Virus record (IMG/VR): IMGVR_UViG_3300020440_000009
Location: 24,567-88,566 of that record
DNA: 64,000 nt
Direction: 5' to 3' (one strand)
DNA from: a virus
Lineage: Duplodnaviria > Caudoviricetes
Shown: piece by piece, positions 46,656 to 57,869 of the stretch
Numbering within the stretch: the stretch's first letter is position 1
Layout: each line of letters begins with the position of its first letter
Notes under the pieces: model-generated
Seen by the model: the letters and a program-made list of their open reading frames with translations, nothing else
Told to the model about the DNA's origin: nothing
Databases searched by the model: none
Position numbers and translations under genes: made by a program

Positions 46656-46889
46656 TTAACATCTAATCTGAGATGCCCAATAAATAATTTCACCCTTATA
46701 CCACTTAGGGTAAAGTACTCGCTCAACCATTCTTCTAGTCTTTAAATGAGCATCACCAAAAAGAGTAACACCCATAAAAGGATCATTTTTAATCCATTCT
46801 CCTGTAATCGTCTTATGCTCACCATCAATCACAAGAGTATCTCCACCCTTGATTTTCCACGTTGGAACAATTTCTGTTTTTGTCATCAT
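46656..46889 (-). CDS. Hypothetical protein
   Basis: Follows the early promoter and GAAAGTGAGG leader. Confidence 0.6.
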   Translation of the reverse strand: MMTKTEIVPTWKIKGGDTLVIDGEHKTITGEWIKNDPFMGVTLFGDAHLKTRRMVERVLYPKWYKGEIIYWASQIRC

Positions 46890-46890
46890 T

Positions 46891-46938
46891 AACCTCACTT
46901 TCTACGGATATACTAGGATATTACCGTGGATATGTCAA
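46891..46938 (-). promoter_or_regulatory. Sigma70-type early promoter with conserved leader
   Basis: TTGACA-N17-TAGTAT then GTAGAAAGTGAGGTT. Confidence 0.75.
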
Positions 46939-47897
46939 GAGGTTTTTCTGATCAAAGTGCTATTATATTTAATAGTAGGTAGAATTTCAGTTGGTCTTTT
47001 TATAGGAGTAGCTGTCTTATATGTATATGTATTGTCTACATCCATATACAATACTGTTTCCCACTCCATGAATTGTTCTGTAGACGTACATTGCTCTGGT
47101 TTGAATCTTGAATAGTCTTCAAAACTAAACATTTTCTTTGGTATATTATCCTGAATGGGTGGATCAACAAATTCAGATTTATAACTACATCTTAATCTAG
47201 GTGAACTAAGTTCATCTCCGTCCAAACCCTCTTCTCTATACTTCTTATATTCCTCACCAATCTTTTCGATTCTTCCCATAGCATCATCATCCAGATTTTC
47301 ACACCAAACATTGAACATCAATGTGATTCTTTCACTCTCAGGAAACATTTCAGGATAAGCACTGTGTATGTAAGGCTCACCAAAGGTTGTAATCTTACCT
47401 TCTTCCGGAAAAGAGTATACAATATTGTTTATCTCTTTATCAACATTCGAGGCATCTTCAGATTCTAGCTTACCATCTACTATCACGGTAGGTGCATCAT
47501 CAATAGTTGTAAGATATGTTATAAAAGACCTTTTAGGTGTTTTAAACTTTTTAGTAAACATGAACTCAACTTCATCACGGTCTATGTGAGATACTGCTCT
47601 ATCTGGTATTTCCCAAGGAACATATCGTCTGTCTTTTTCTGTGTGATGAATCCACCATTCTAATCCAACAACACCTTCTATAGCATCTTCTTCTTTTGAA
47701 ATTACTTCATATGCTTTCTGAATGTACTGCTCAACTAAATTGTGAGGTTTGTCATCTATGTTCAACCAGTAATATGTCTGTTCGCCCGCACCAAAAAGAC
47801 TCATTTCATCATCGTATCGTTTTATAGAAAGAATCTCTTCCCTTAACAAGTGAATATCTGCTTTATTTAAACAGTTCGTATATGATGTTACATTCAT
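46935..47897 (-). CDS. 2OG-Fe(II) oxygenase-like protein
   Basis: EWWIH, HIDRD (HxD), YIH, RITLMFNVW. Confidence 0.65.
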   Translation of the reverse strand: MNVTSYTNCLNKADIHLLREEILSIKRYDDEMSLFGAGEQTYYWLNIDDKPHNLVEQYIQKAYEVISKEEDAIEGVVGLEWWIHHTEKDRRYVPWEIPDRAVSHIDRDEVEFMFTKKFKTPKRSFITYLTTIDDAPTVIVDGKLESEDASNVDKEINNIVYSFPEEGKITTFGEPYIHSAYPEMFPESERITLMFNVWCENLDDDAMGRIEKIGEEYKKYREEGLDGDELSSPRLRCSYKSEFVDPPIQDNIPKKMFSFEDYSRFKPEQCTSTEQFMEWETVLYMDVDNTYTYKTATPIKRPTEILPTIKYNSTLIRKTS

Positions 47898-47926
47898 ATA
47901 TTAAAAAAAATCTCCTTCTTGCTTTA

Positions 47927-48184
47927 CTATAACGAGTCGTGCTTATCGTCTTCTCCATCCATTTGACTTTCTAGGATATCCAGATTACAATTACAATAGG
48001 CGTATTCTGCAATACCGTCTTTGATAGACTTATTATTAAAACCTATGGACGTTAATACACCCACAAACTTCTCAATACAGTCTTGAATTGTTATTCGGCT
48101 TGTTGTTGCGGTTGCGTGTTCTCGAATGTGTTTACCTTCGAAGTCTTCATGTACTATACTTACCGTAATATCTAATTCTCTCAT
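47927..48184 (-). CDS. Hypothetical protein
   Basis: 85 aa; TATAAT just upstream. Confidence 0.6.
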   Translation of the reverse strand: MRELDITVSIVHEDFEGKHIREHATATTSRITIQDCIEKFVGVLTSIGFNNKSIKDGIAEYAYCNCNLDILESQMDGEDDKHDSL

Positions 48185-48198
48185 ATTTTATTATACTG

Positions 48199-49377
48199 TT
48201 AGAAGGAGAATTTGTAACCTATGTAGAACTTGTTTCTAAGAACTTCTGGTGTTTTATATGAGTTTACTTTTGTTACTATCCAACTAGCTTCTACTGAATG
48301 AAGTGGATTTATTTGATAAGTTGCATTCTGCATTATTACGGTTATCAAGTCATCTCTTGTTTCTTCCTGTTCTTGATAATATCTTTGATGTTCACCTTTA
48401 TATAGGCTTTCAATTAACATAAGGTTTTGCGATACGTTAATTCTAGGTGTTAATTTATATCTTAGACCTAATGAGTACTTTATATTTTCTTTCATGTTAA
48501 ACTGTGGTAAAGAAGAGTCGGAAGTATCATAAGATATACTTGAGTTTAAACTTAAGTCTTTTGTACGTTGCATCATAAAACTTATTATTCCTACCGGTGT
48601 TGTTAAGTTTTCAGTTTCACCCTCTTCATTTTCCAAGACATGAGTTTTAGCACCGGCTTGAATTGAAAATAAAGACATTGGGTTGAGAGCATAGTCGAAC
48701 CTTCCGTACAAATCAAAAGAATCTACACCACCTCTCTCTTCTTGATATTCAAGCGTAGAAGCGGATGAACCTAAAGAACCAAAAACTCTACCTTTCACAA
48801 ACTCATGTGCCCAGTTTCCGAAAATTTTAGTTCTATTGAATGAAGCATTTGAAAATTGATTGCTGGTAATTTGTATATTATCTGACCAAGCTTTTAAATC
48901 ATGACCTACTGTAAGTGAGACGGCATCTCTTCTGCTAAATGTATAATTAAAACCTACAGATGAACTGTTATTATAATAATACATGTCTTTTACAATGTTT
49001 ACTAAACCCGGTTCTTTGTCTGATATATTAAATTTGTTTTGTGCATTTATTGATAGTCTAGGAGTTATCTTCGATGAATACATCGCAATCATGTTTTGGA
49101 AGTAAAGAACCTCATCGTCAATTATTCTGTATCTAATTTCTGGAGACCAAAACATAGCTACATTTTTTCTTGGTGTTCTAACAGGTACGGCTTGTATCAC
49201 AAACACTTGACTTACAAAATCGCTTGCAACCTGTTCACCAACACTCTGTGAGAAGATGTTATCATCATAACCATATCTCGTACTGGTTGATATTTTTAGT
49301 CTGTTGTCTAAAAGACCAAATGCTGAAAAGCAAAGGGACAATAATAGTAAAAATATAATTTTAAATTTCATACACAC
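48199..49377 (-). CDS. Outer-membrane beta-barrel protein (BBP2/EpsL-like)
   Basis: Sec signal peptide, N-terminal YGYDDNIF, alternating amphipathic strands, C-terminal YIGYKFSF beta-signal. Confidence 0.8.
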   Translation of the reverse strand: MCMKFKIIFLLLLSLCFSAFGLLDNRLKISTSTRYGYDDNIFSQSVGEQVASDFVSQVFVIQAVPVRTPRKNVAMFWSPEIRYRIIDDEVLYFQNMIAMYSSKITPRLSINAQNKFNISDKEPGLVNIVKDMYYYNNSSSVGFNYTFSRRDAVSLTVGHDLKAWSDNIQITSNQFSNASFNRTKIFGNWAHEFVKGRVFGSLGSSASTLEYQEERGGVDSFDLYGRFDYALNPMSLFSIQAGAKTHVLENEEGETENLTTPVGIISFMMQRTKDLSLNSSISYDTSDSSLPQFNMKENIKYSLGLRYKLTPRINVSQNLMLIESLYKGEHQRYYQEQEETRDDLITVIMQNATYQINPLHSVEASWIVTKVNSYKTPEVLRNKFYIGYKFSF

Positions 49378-49396
49378 CTCATTTAGAGGTATTTAC

Positions 49397-49849
49397 TCAT
49401 ACATATGTTATAGTTACACCAGCTTCTTTAAATAATTGTTCTGCTATTGTACAGGAATCTTTCCACCTAGATTCAGAATTATCATAAGTCTTCTTCATTA
49501 CGACATGTTTGATTCCAACTTGTATGATTCCTTTTGCACACTCGTGACAAACAGGTAATCCATAAACATACATCGTGGAACCTTCAAGAGATACACCGGT
49601 TCTGGAGGCATTATAGATTGCATTCATTTCAGCATGAACGACCTTAGTGTATTTTATTTCACGATTAGCATAATCACTTTCATGATCTGCTATACCTCTA
49701 GGGAATCCATTGTATCCTTGAGAAAGAACTTGACCAGCGGAACCTATGACAACAGCACCTATTTGTTTCGAAGGGTCTTTCGACCATTTAGAAATATGTT
49801 GTGCTAGTTCTAGGTATCTGTCGTGCCAATGTGGTTTTAAAATCGACAT
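49397..49849 (-). CDS. dCMP deaminase
   Basis: SKDPSKQIGA, GYNGFP, HAEMNA, PVCHEC. Confidence 0.93.
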   Translation of the reverse strand: MSILKPHWHDRYLELAQHISKWSKDPSKQIGAVVIGSAGQVLSQGYNGFPRGIADHESDYANREIKYTKVVHAEMNAIYNASRTGVSLEGSTMYVYGLPVCHECAKGIIQVGIKHVVMKKTYDNSESRWKDSCTIAEQLFKEAGVTITYV

Positions 49850-50106
49850 TCTATTCCACTGGATGGTAGCGTTTCTGATAATCTCAGACGAACACCACTC
49901 AATGCAGGAATCTGAAGTACACAGTTACTCTGAAAATATGCATTAGCACTAGCGGGAGTACCTTGAGCATCAGTATCTTTAGCTTTATAAAAAGAATACC
50001 AATCTTCTAATACTTGACTACCAACTTCAATTACTCTAGGTTGAGATTGGTCGTTATCAACCAAAAACTGTAGGTATACTGTTTGTACATCTGTGTAAAC
50101 GCTCAT
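49837..50106 (-). CDS. Hypothetical protein (late-type promoter)
   Basis: 89 aa; GTAAATA and GGAG upstream. Confidence 0.55.
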   Translation of the reverse strand: MSVYTDVQTVYLQFLVDNDQSQPRVIEVGSQVLEDWYSFYKAKDTDAQGTPASANAYFQSNCVLQIPALSGVRLRLSETLPSSGIECRF

Positions 50107-50126
50107 AGTAAAAATCTCCTATAATA

Positions 50127-50384
50127 CTATTTACAAGGAACAACAGATTTTATTTCTTCAACAAGCATGGCTTTCTTTTTTCTACGGTCTAACTCAACAC
50201 CATATTCACGACCTAGATTCTCTAATTCAGCCTTTGTCATACGGTTGAGTTCGGAGTCCGAATAAGAAACAGTTTCTACTTTAATATCAGCTTCTCTCTC
50301 AACTTCATCAACGATTGTTTTTGAATCTTCCCACGTCCACTTTGAACCTCGTCCAAACTTATTTACTAACCATTCCAATAACAT
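50127..50384 (-). CDS. Small protein with Rho-N/HeH-like helical motif
   Basis: MTKAELENLGREYGVELDRRKKKAMLVEEI. Confidence 0.65.
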   Translation of the reverse strand: MLLEWLVNKFGRGSKWTWEDSKTIVDEVEREADIKVETVSYSDSELNRMTKAELENLGREYGVELDRRKKKAMLVEEIKSVVPCK

Positions 50385-50406
50385 ATTTTTCTCCTTTTTT
50401 AAAAAA

Positions 50407-52038
<1,632 letters not shown>

Positions 52039-52132
52039 TCATTTTCCTTTTTTTTTGTATTTCGCTAGTAGATTATACTAAAAAATATAAAATTTAAAAT
52101 TAAATTTTCGATAATCTATTCGGTTAATTTTT

Positions 52133-52279
52133 TTATTGATAGTTACTACCGTCTTTAAACAGTATGTAAACAACGAAAGCGGTAAGTAGATTAATGGACC
52201 AATTTTCATTACCACCAAATAGTCCTAAGCTTGCACTAAATAAGTTTAAGCCAACTGTAAACCACATTAATAACCTCAT
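52133..52279 (-). CDS. 48-aa membrane peptide (absent from track)
   Basis: MRLLMWFTVGLNLFSASLGLFGGNENWSINLLTAFVVYILFKDGSNYQ; GGAG SD. Confidence 0.55.
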   Translation of the reverse strand: MRLLMWFTVGLNLFSASLGLFGGNENWSINLLTAFVVYILFKDGSNYQ

Positions 52280-52290
52280 AATATATTCTC

Positions 52291-53262
52291 CTACTTGGTT
52301 ACACCAATTAATTCTAACTCTTCATCTTTATATTGTATTCTTGCTTGATTATCTAAAACTTTGTATAAAAGAAAAGGACCTGTTTTGTGATTTACAACAC
52401 CTGTATAGACACTCTGTCCTTTTTCTATTGCTAGACCAAACTGCATCCAGTGATTAAAGTTTTTTGAGGAAATATCTGGTCCATTATGTACGAACATTTC
52501 ATCTCTACAGAATGCTCTCCAGTAAAATATCAGATAGTTATGTTTAGGTTCTTTTTTGACAGCTTCGGATATGTCGAAAGTGTTTTGTATTCCATAACCC
52601 TCAGGCCACTTATTAAAATACATTTCGTATAAACCATTATCTTTAACTGGTGTATCATCGATTCTTGTAAATCTTCCTGCTCTGATTGGTGAGAAACATG
52701 AGTCTTTCATTCCATCGAGATTAATAGGATAATCTTTTATAAATTCAATCTCTTTGTCTAACTCTGGAAAATAACATGTCGACCAGTATATGTCCAGTCT
52801 ATCAGGTATTGAAATACAGTTTGGGTATTTTTCGACCAGTTGAGCATATTCATAGGTCATCGTCCGTTCAACTCCGAAATCACCTAAACACTCCGACACA
52901 CACACATCAAAATAATCTTCATTTTGAGGAAGTTCAGATACATCAGTAACTACTTTCCAATTATAGTGTTCGTTATGGTTGGTTGAAACCATGTCACGAA
53001 TAATACTATGTAAACTTTGCATCTCTTCAACAAACCAAACTTCTTTTGCACCACACATGAGTGCATATGTACCTAAGATTCCAGAACCGGCACCGAAGTC
53101 AACAACGATTTTATCCTTACAATGCTTTTTAATCTGTTTAAAAAAGGCGGTTGCTCTTAGTCGATCTTTCAACATACACATATGTGATTCAAGTTGTTGG
53201 TATTCACCACTAAAATGTGAAAAAGCATGTTTACTAAATACTGTATTTTCATAGACACTCAT
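52291..53262 (-). CDS. Protein arginine methyltransferase (PRMT)-like enzyme; probable start MSVYEN
   Basis: H.CMLKD..R helix, VVDFGAGSGIL motif I, GAKEV..VE post-I, double-E loop SECLGDFGVE, THW-loop NGP...NHWMQ. Confidence 0.8.
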   Translation of the reverse strand: MSVYENTVFSKHAFSHFSGEYQQLESHMCMLKDRLRATAFFKQIKKHCKDKIVVDFGAGSGILGTYALMCGAKEVWFVEEMQSLHSIIRDMVSTNHNEHYNWKVVTDVSELPQNEDYFDVCVSECLGDFGVERTMTYEYAQLVEKYPNCISIPDRLDIYWSTCYFPELDKEIEFIKDYPINLDGMKDSCFSPIRAGRFTRIDDTPVKDNGLYEMYFNKWPEGYGIQNTFDISEAVKKEPKHNYLIFYWRAFCRDEMFVHNGPDISSKNFNHWMQFGLAIEKGQSVYTGVVNHKTGPFLLYKVLDNQARIQYKDEELELIGVTK

Positions 53263-53346
53263 ACGACTATTATACAAACTGTTTTATATTTTTATAAAAA
53301 AAGGAGCGTCAAAATACACTCCTTCAGAGGTTATTTATCAATGAGT

Positions 53347-53625
53347 TTAAAATGGATATTCTCCAGAATAATAATTATCTCGTGGATCATTTGACCAATT
53401 AACGTAACTTCCGAATAAATAATCAAATGCATTTAAGAATTTACAATACACAGATTCTATGCTCTCGTAAGAATCAAATGTTCTTTTTAAATATAAATCG
53501 ACAAGTTCATCATCAATATCCAACTGCGAAGTCCAAGTTTTAGCCAGAACATAAAGCTGATCTAACGACCACTCATTAAAATCTATATCTTTCTTTTCCG
53601 GTAAATTTAAAAGTTTCTTTTTCAT
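53347..53625 (-). CDS. Hypothetical protein
   Basis: 92 aa ORF. Confidence 0.6.
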   Translation of the reverse strand: MKKKLLNLPEKKDIDFNEWSLDQLYVLAKTWTSQLDIDDELVDLYLKRTFDSYESIESVYCKFLNAFDYLFGSYVNWSNDPRDNYYSGEYPF

Positions 53626-53714
53626 TTTAGTCCTTACGGTGGAATTTTCCTTAACTTTAAAGAATTAGGGAGGTTTTACCCTCCCTTGAGTTTTTTGTTT
53701 CTTTCATTATGAGG

Positions 53715-54653
53715 TTAAAAGGTGATTTCATCTAATGTCTCAAGTATCTCTTTCGACTTGTTTTTAAGATTAGACTTAACTTGTGACGACTCTTTGATCA
53801 GGTCGCTGTCTGTTCCGGCAATCTCTTTCTTGATCAACTCGGCAACATCGTTTAACTTCTTATCTTCTAGAATGTTTAAACTCACAACTGAATCAGTCAA
53901 CTCAGACAGGTTTTGTAACGCTCGCTTGTATCGACTTCCTTCGGTCTCAGTTTTCTTTAAGATGCCTTCAACAGACTTCTTGAGATTTGCTACCAACTCA
54001 CCTTGAGCGGACTTCAAATTCGACTCATACTCACGAATTGTTTCTGCCTTGATCGTCTCAAGTTCGGCATCGGTCAAACCTTCAATTCGAAGGTCAGTCA
54101 TATCGGTGATAGGTTCGAAGAACAACACCGCATTGAATCGGTCCATAATGTCTTCTTTCTCAGGAAAAGAATCTGAACGGTAAAGATCACCTAATCGTCT
54201 TTGAGCCATCTCTTGAAGAATTTCATAGTTCATGTAAATTTCATCATAAACATAGGAACGAAACGCCTCTACTCGCTTTTGAATCTCTTTGTTCAAAGCG
54301 GGATAATCTTTGGCGGGCATAATACGATAACCACCGTCTTGGAAAGGAAGACTAGCTTTCGCAACCGCTTTACGAATACCGATTGAATGCTCACGAATCT
54401 CTTTCTGAACCGATTTCGGAAACATACTCACACCGACATTAATCGCATCTGCATCGGCAGAGTTATTACTGGCCAGTTCGTACTGACCATCAGTTGACTT
54501 CACATTACCGTTGAAAGATGAAACTCGAATGCGAGTCTTAACTAACTTTTTGATAACAGAAGTAGCATCAATTTTACTCATTTTAACCTCTTTCTTTTTT
54601 TGAATTTTCAAATTTAATTTCTCACTCATCGTTATATTAGGAATATAGGACAT
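53715..54653 (-). CDS. Helical protein associated with the AAA/VWA pair (DUF3150-like, tentative)
   Basis: 312 aa; SLPFQDGGYRIMP, coiled-coil C-terminus; third gene of the cassette. Confidence 0.55.
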   Translation of the reverse strand: MSYIPNITMSEKLNLKIQKKKEVKMSKIDATSVIKKLVKTRIRVSSFNGNVKSTDGQYELASNNSADADAINVGVSMFPKSVQKEIREHSIGIRKAVAKASLPFQDGGYRIMPAKDYPALNKEIQKRVEAFRSYVYDEIYMNYEILQEMAQRRLGDLYRSDSFPEKEDIMDRFNAVLFFEPITDMTDLRIEGLTDAELETIKAETIREYESNLKSAQGELVANLKKSVEGILKKTETEGSRYKRALQNLSELTDSVVSLNILEDKKLNDVAELIKKEIAGTDSDLIKESSQVKSNLKNKSKEILETLDEITF

Positions 54654-54666
54654 TTCCTTCGGAATG

Positions 54667-55722
54667 TCAATTACTTATTTCAGCTAATTTCGATAATTTT
54701 GTGTAGCTTGGACAAACACATGACTCTGGGTTTTTCTCAGACATCATCGCTAAGATCGTTGCCTTGTATTCAGCAGGTAGTCTCATCGCATACTGATAAA
54801 CCTTCTCACAAAGGTCGGTGTCATCTTTGGCATACTCAACCAAGCCAGTAGTCACGGCAAACAATACTGAAGGCTCGTAATCGATTCTGGCATTATCAGG
54901 GTCAGCAACGATTTGGTCAGGAGTTTCCGCTTCTTTGTAAAGGTCGATAAACGCCTTGTACTGAATCGAAGCGGGAACACCGATTAGACCAGCCATCACT
55001 GGAAGCATAATGTCCTTGGTTTCAAAGTTGAAACCTTTGTTGATTGAAGTGACAACTCGGTCAACGAAGTCGAGTGAACGCCTTGTGGCGAAACTTTGGT
55101 CTTCAAAATCTTCATCAGCTTCTAACACTTGGTGGCCAGCAAACTTGTCGAATGCCCGTCTTTCGGGTGAGATACCATTCTCACTTGCCCACTTGTCATA
55201 AGACTCATTATCACCGGAAATGTACAGCATACATAAACGGTTGATGGCAGCCTTAGATAAAGGAGTTGTATACATGTCACTCGAACCGTTCATAGCACCG
55301 ACAAAGACAACTTTATCCGAAATCTTTTCGTTAGCAATCTTACGACCAAGTAAAATGTTTAGAATCACGTTCTGTAACATCTGGTCACAACGGTCAAGTT
55401 CATCAAAGAAAATCACCGTCAAAGGGTCATCTTCTTTCGCATCTCTCTCAAGAGGAATCCATTCAGCACAAACTTCATGGACACGACCTTCAACTTCTTT
55501 AGGAAGAGAGAAGTTTGAAATATCCATCTGAGACAGAATACGAGTCTCAAGGACAGCATTGATACCGTTCTTGTTTAACGCACCCACAAAATCTTCGATA
55601 GCGGTAGTTTTACCACAACCAACAGGACCGACAAGTACTGGTGGAATCTTAGATTTCATCAAAACAGCGATTGCCCGTTTGGCTTGCTGTGGTGTGATTT
55701 TCATAACTTTACTTTCACTCAT
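54667..55722 (-). CDS. MoxR-like AAA+ ATPase
   Basis: Walker A GPVGCGKT, Walker B IFFDELDR, sensor-1 AMN, arginine finger NRL. Confidence 0.88.
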   Translation of the reverse strand: MSESKVMKITPQQAKRAIAVLMKSKIPPVLVGPVGCGKTTAIEDFVGALNKNGINAVLETRILSQMDISNFSLPKEVEGRVHEVCAEWIPLERDAKEDDPLTVIFFDELDRCDQMLQNVILNILLGRKIANEKISDKVVFVGAMNGSSDMYTTPLSKAAINRLCMLYISGDNESYDKWASENGISPERRAFDKFAGHQVLEADEDFEDQSFATRRSLDFVDRVVTSINKGFNFETKDIMLPVMAGLIGVPASIQYKAFIDLYKEAETPDQIVADPDNARIDYEPSVLFAVTTGLVEYAKDDTDLCEKVYQYAMRLPAEYKATILAMMSEKNPESCVCPSYTKLSKLAEISN

Positions 55723-55733
55723 AATTTTTTATA

Positions 55734-55782
55734 ACCTCACTTTCAATACCTGGAATATATCCTATTTTAATAAAATTGTCAA
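55734..55782 (-). promoter_or_regulatory. Sigma70-type early promoter for the AAA gene
   Basis: TTGACA-N17-TATATT then TTGAAAGTGAGGTT. Confidence 0.75.
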
Positions 55783-55790
55783 CAACTATT

Positions 55791-57119
55791 TTACTTAACA
55801 TGAATTGTTTTTCCCACCTCACCTTTGAGCCTTGAGGTTGACAACCACAGACAGTCAATACCTTTTAGGTCTTTTTTGAAAGACTTAGGACCTGGGTCAT
55901 CTTGGTGCCAGTCCCACTCAAATTCGAGATCAGTCATTACGACCATTAACTTTGGTTTTTGTTTGAGGGTTTTAAGTTTGTCAACAACACATTGAAACTT
56001 AGTACCACCTCGACCAACCATTTCAACCTCTTCAAGATTTGTATTTTTCGTGATTGTTCTTTCATCACGAACCTCTGTATCGAACTGCCATAAATCGTAA
56101 CTATCTAATGACATCAAGGCATTTTGACCTTCCGTTAAGGTCGCATCAAAATCATCTTGTCGCATAGAGCAGGATGTATCCATAACAAATAGAATATCAC
56201 CTGGTGTTTTTACTTGTCGAGTAGGCATAATAAAATTACTACGAACTCGTCTCGAAGGAACTAACCAGTTATAACCAGCTTTTTTCTGAGACGACAAATA
56301 GTTTCGAAGAAGAACCTTCCAGTTTACTTCACCTTTTCCTGTTAGTTCGTTTATCTTTTCTTTTATAGAACTTGGAACATGGTCACCGGATTCTTGAGCG
56401 GCCGCTATCGCCTGCATTATCATTGAGTTAGCTTCTTGTTCAGCCTCTTCTAAATCATCAGGTTCACAAGCTTCAAATTCACCAAAAGTATTTGTAGTAT
56501 CCGAACCTACTTCAGTATCATCAGAACTTTCTTCGTCAGAACTTTCACTATCACTACCTGAAGAGTCATCACTTGAATCATCGGAGGAATCACCGTTTGA
56601 ACTCGATGAATCGCCTGGGTCAGTTGCTACTGAATATTCTTCTGTCTCATTTTCTTGAGACTCATCTGACTGATTTTCTTTTTCCTCTTCTTTTTTCTTT
56701 TGAATTAAATCGTAATAATACTCAGCACTCTTACCGAAAGGATAGTCGCTGTAATCACCTCTACCGGGAAGAAGAGCATCTTCTGGGAAACCGTCTAAAT
56801 CAAAAATCTCACAGTTGAGTGCTAGGTCGGCCGCCACATTATAATCACGGTGATTATAGTTTTTGATTTTTGAACCTCTTAAGTGGTGCTTAAACACAAG
56901 GTGTAAAATCTCATGCATCAAAATAACTTTTGTGGTTGAAAACTTTAGAGAACTTGCAAAATCTGGATTGTAAAGCAACTCTTTTGAGTTGATTGCAAAC
57001 GTATTGATCTTTTTAGTCTCTACTAACTTGAGTCGTAATAAAATACTAGCGTAGAACGGCTCTGTCTTAATTAGTGACATCCTCGCTTCTTTTACAATGT
57101 CTTTAATGTCGAAACTCAT
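55791..57119 (-). CDS. Metallopeptidase-VWA protein (DUF2201-like); probable start MSFDI
   Basis: N-terminal HEILH..FKH..R, YNVAADL; acidic S/D/E linker; MIDAS DTSCS, FDT, GRGGT. Confidence 0.85.
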   Translation of the reverse strand: MSFDIKDIVKEARMSLIKTEPFYASILLRLKLVETKKINTFAINSKELLYNPDFASSLKFSTTKVILMHEILHLVFKHHLRGSKIKNYNHRDYNVAADLALNCEIFDLDGFPEDALLPGRGDYSDYPFGKSAEYYYDLIQKKKEEEKENQSDESQENETEEYSVATDPGDSSSSNGDSSDDSSDDSSGSDSESSDEESSDDTEVGSDTTNTFGEFEACEPDDLEEAEQEANSMIMQAIAAAQESGDHVPSSIKEKINELTGKGEVNWKVLLRNYLSSQKKAGYNWLVPSRRVRSNFIMPTRQVKTPGDILFVMDTSCSMRQDDFDATLTEGQNALMSLDSYDLWQFDTEVRDERTITKNTNLEEVEMVGRGGTKFQCVVDKLKTLKQKPKLMVVMTDLEFEWDWHQDDPGPKSFKKDLKGIDCLWLSTSRLKGEVGKTIHVK

Positions 57120-57170
57120 ATCTCTCTCACTTTCTACAGACATCTTATCCTAGATATGGCGGAAAGTCAA
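57120..57170 (-). promoter_or_regulatory. Sigma70-type early promoter for the VWA-peptidase gene
   Basis: TTGACT-N17-TAAGAT then TCTGTAGAAAGTGAGAGAG. Confidence 0.75.
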
Positions 57171-57173
57171 CAG

Positions 57174-57869
57174 TTAAATTGAGATATTTTTAAGGTCGTC
57201 TATTAAGTAAAAATCCCAACTGGGATGAACTCTTTCTTCAATAGCTTGTATATTTTGATTTTTACATAAGACTCTTGCACCACACATAGCACCGAAATAA
57301 GGTACAAAACCCTCGGGTGATATAATTGTATAAGCGGATGCTAATATATCAACCAATTCTTGAATGCTTGTTTTATTATACAAAGAGTTTCTATATTTTG
57401 AATACTTCTGTTCATCATCTCCACTACCTACTATATAAGTATCTGGGTATCTAGACATGAATTCCTCTATTTCTTGCTCACTAAATTCTTTCTTTCCGTA
57501 ATCGACACCGCCCGATCTTGGATTTAAAACTATGTTTACATCAACAGCATTGTGATTTATTTCAGGAAAAGGTTCTATAACCCAAGAGTCTTCATCTCCT
57601 GGGTTTTTATCCGACCAACCTGTTCCAAGAAACATGTCAAATTCATCTCGGTGTTCTTTTTGCCAGTCCCAAGAGTCAACCGTTATTACTTCGTTTGATA
57701 TGTTCTGTGAATTGTAAAATTTATGTATGACCTCATTGAGCGAGTCATTTCGTGTTCTTATATGAGTTACATGAACATTCGATAATTCATCTTTTGTAAA
57801 AACTGCATGAAGTTTTGCAAAAGATAGTGCTGAGTCTCCGAATCCACCGCTTGTTAAAGCTTTTACCAT
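57174..57869 (-). CDS. GT-B glycosyltransferase, GT9 (heptosyltransferase)-like
   Basis: GGFGD near N-terminus; TSIQELVDILASAYTIISPE. Confidence 0.6.
   Translation of the reverse strand: MVKALTSGGFGDSALSFAKLHAVFTKDELSNVHVTHIRTRNDSLNEVIHKFYNSQNISNEVITVDSWDWQKEHRDEFDMFLGTGWSDKNPGDEDSWVIEPFPEINHNAVDVNIVLNPRSGGVDYGKKEFSEQEIEEFMSRYPDTYIVGSGDDEQKYSKYRNSLYNKTSIQELVDILASAYTIISPEGFVPYFGAMCGARVLCKNQNIQAIEERVHPSWDFYLIDDLKNISI

Noticed and set aside
52039-52130. CIRCE/HrcA operator upstream of groEL
   Set aside because: No TTAGCACTC-N9-GAGTGCTAA present
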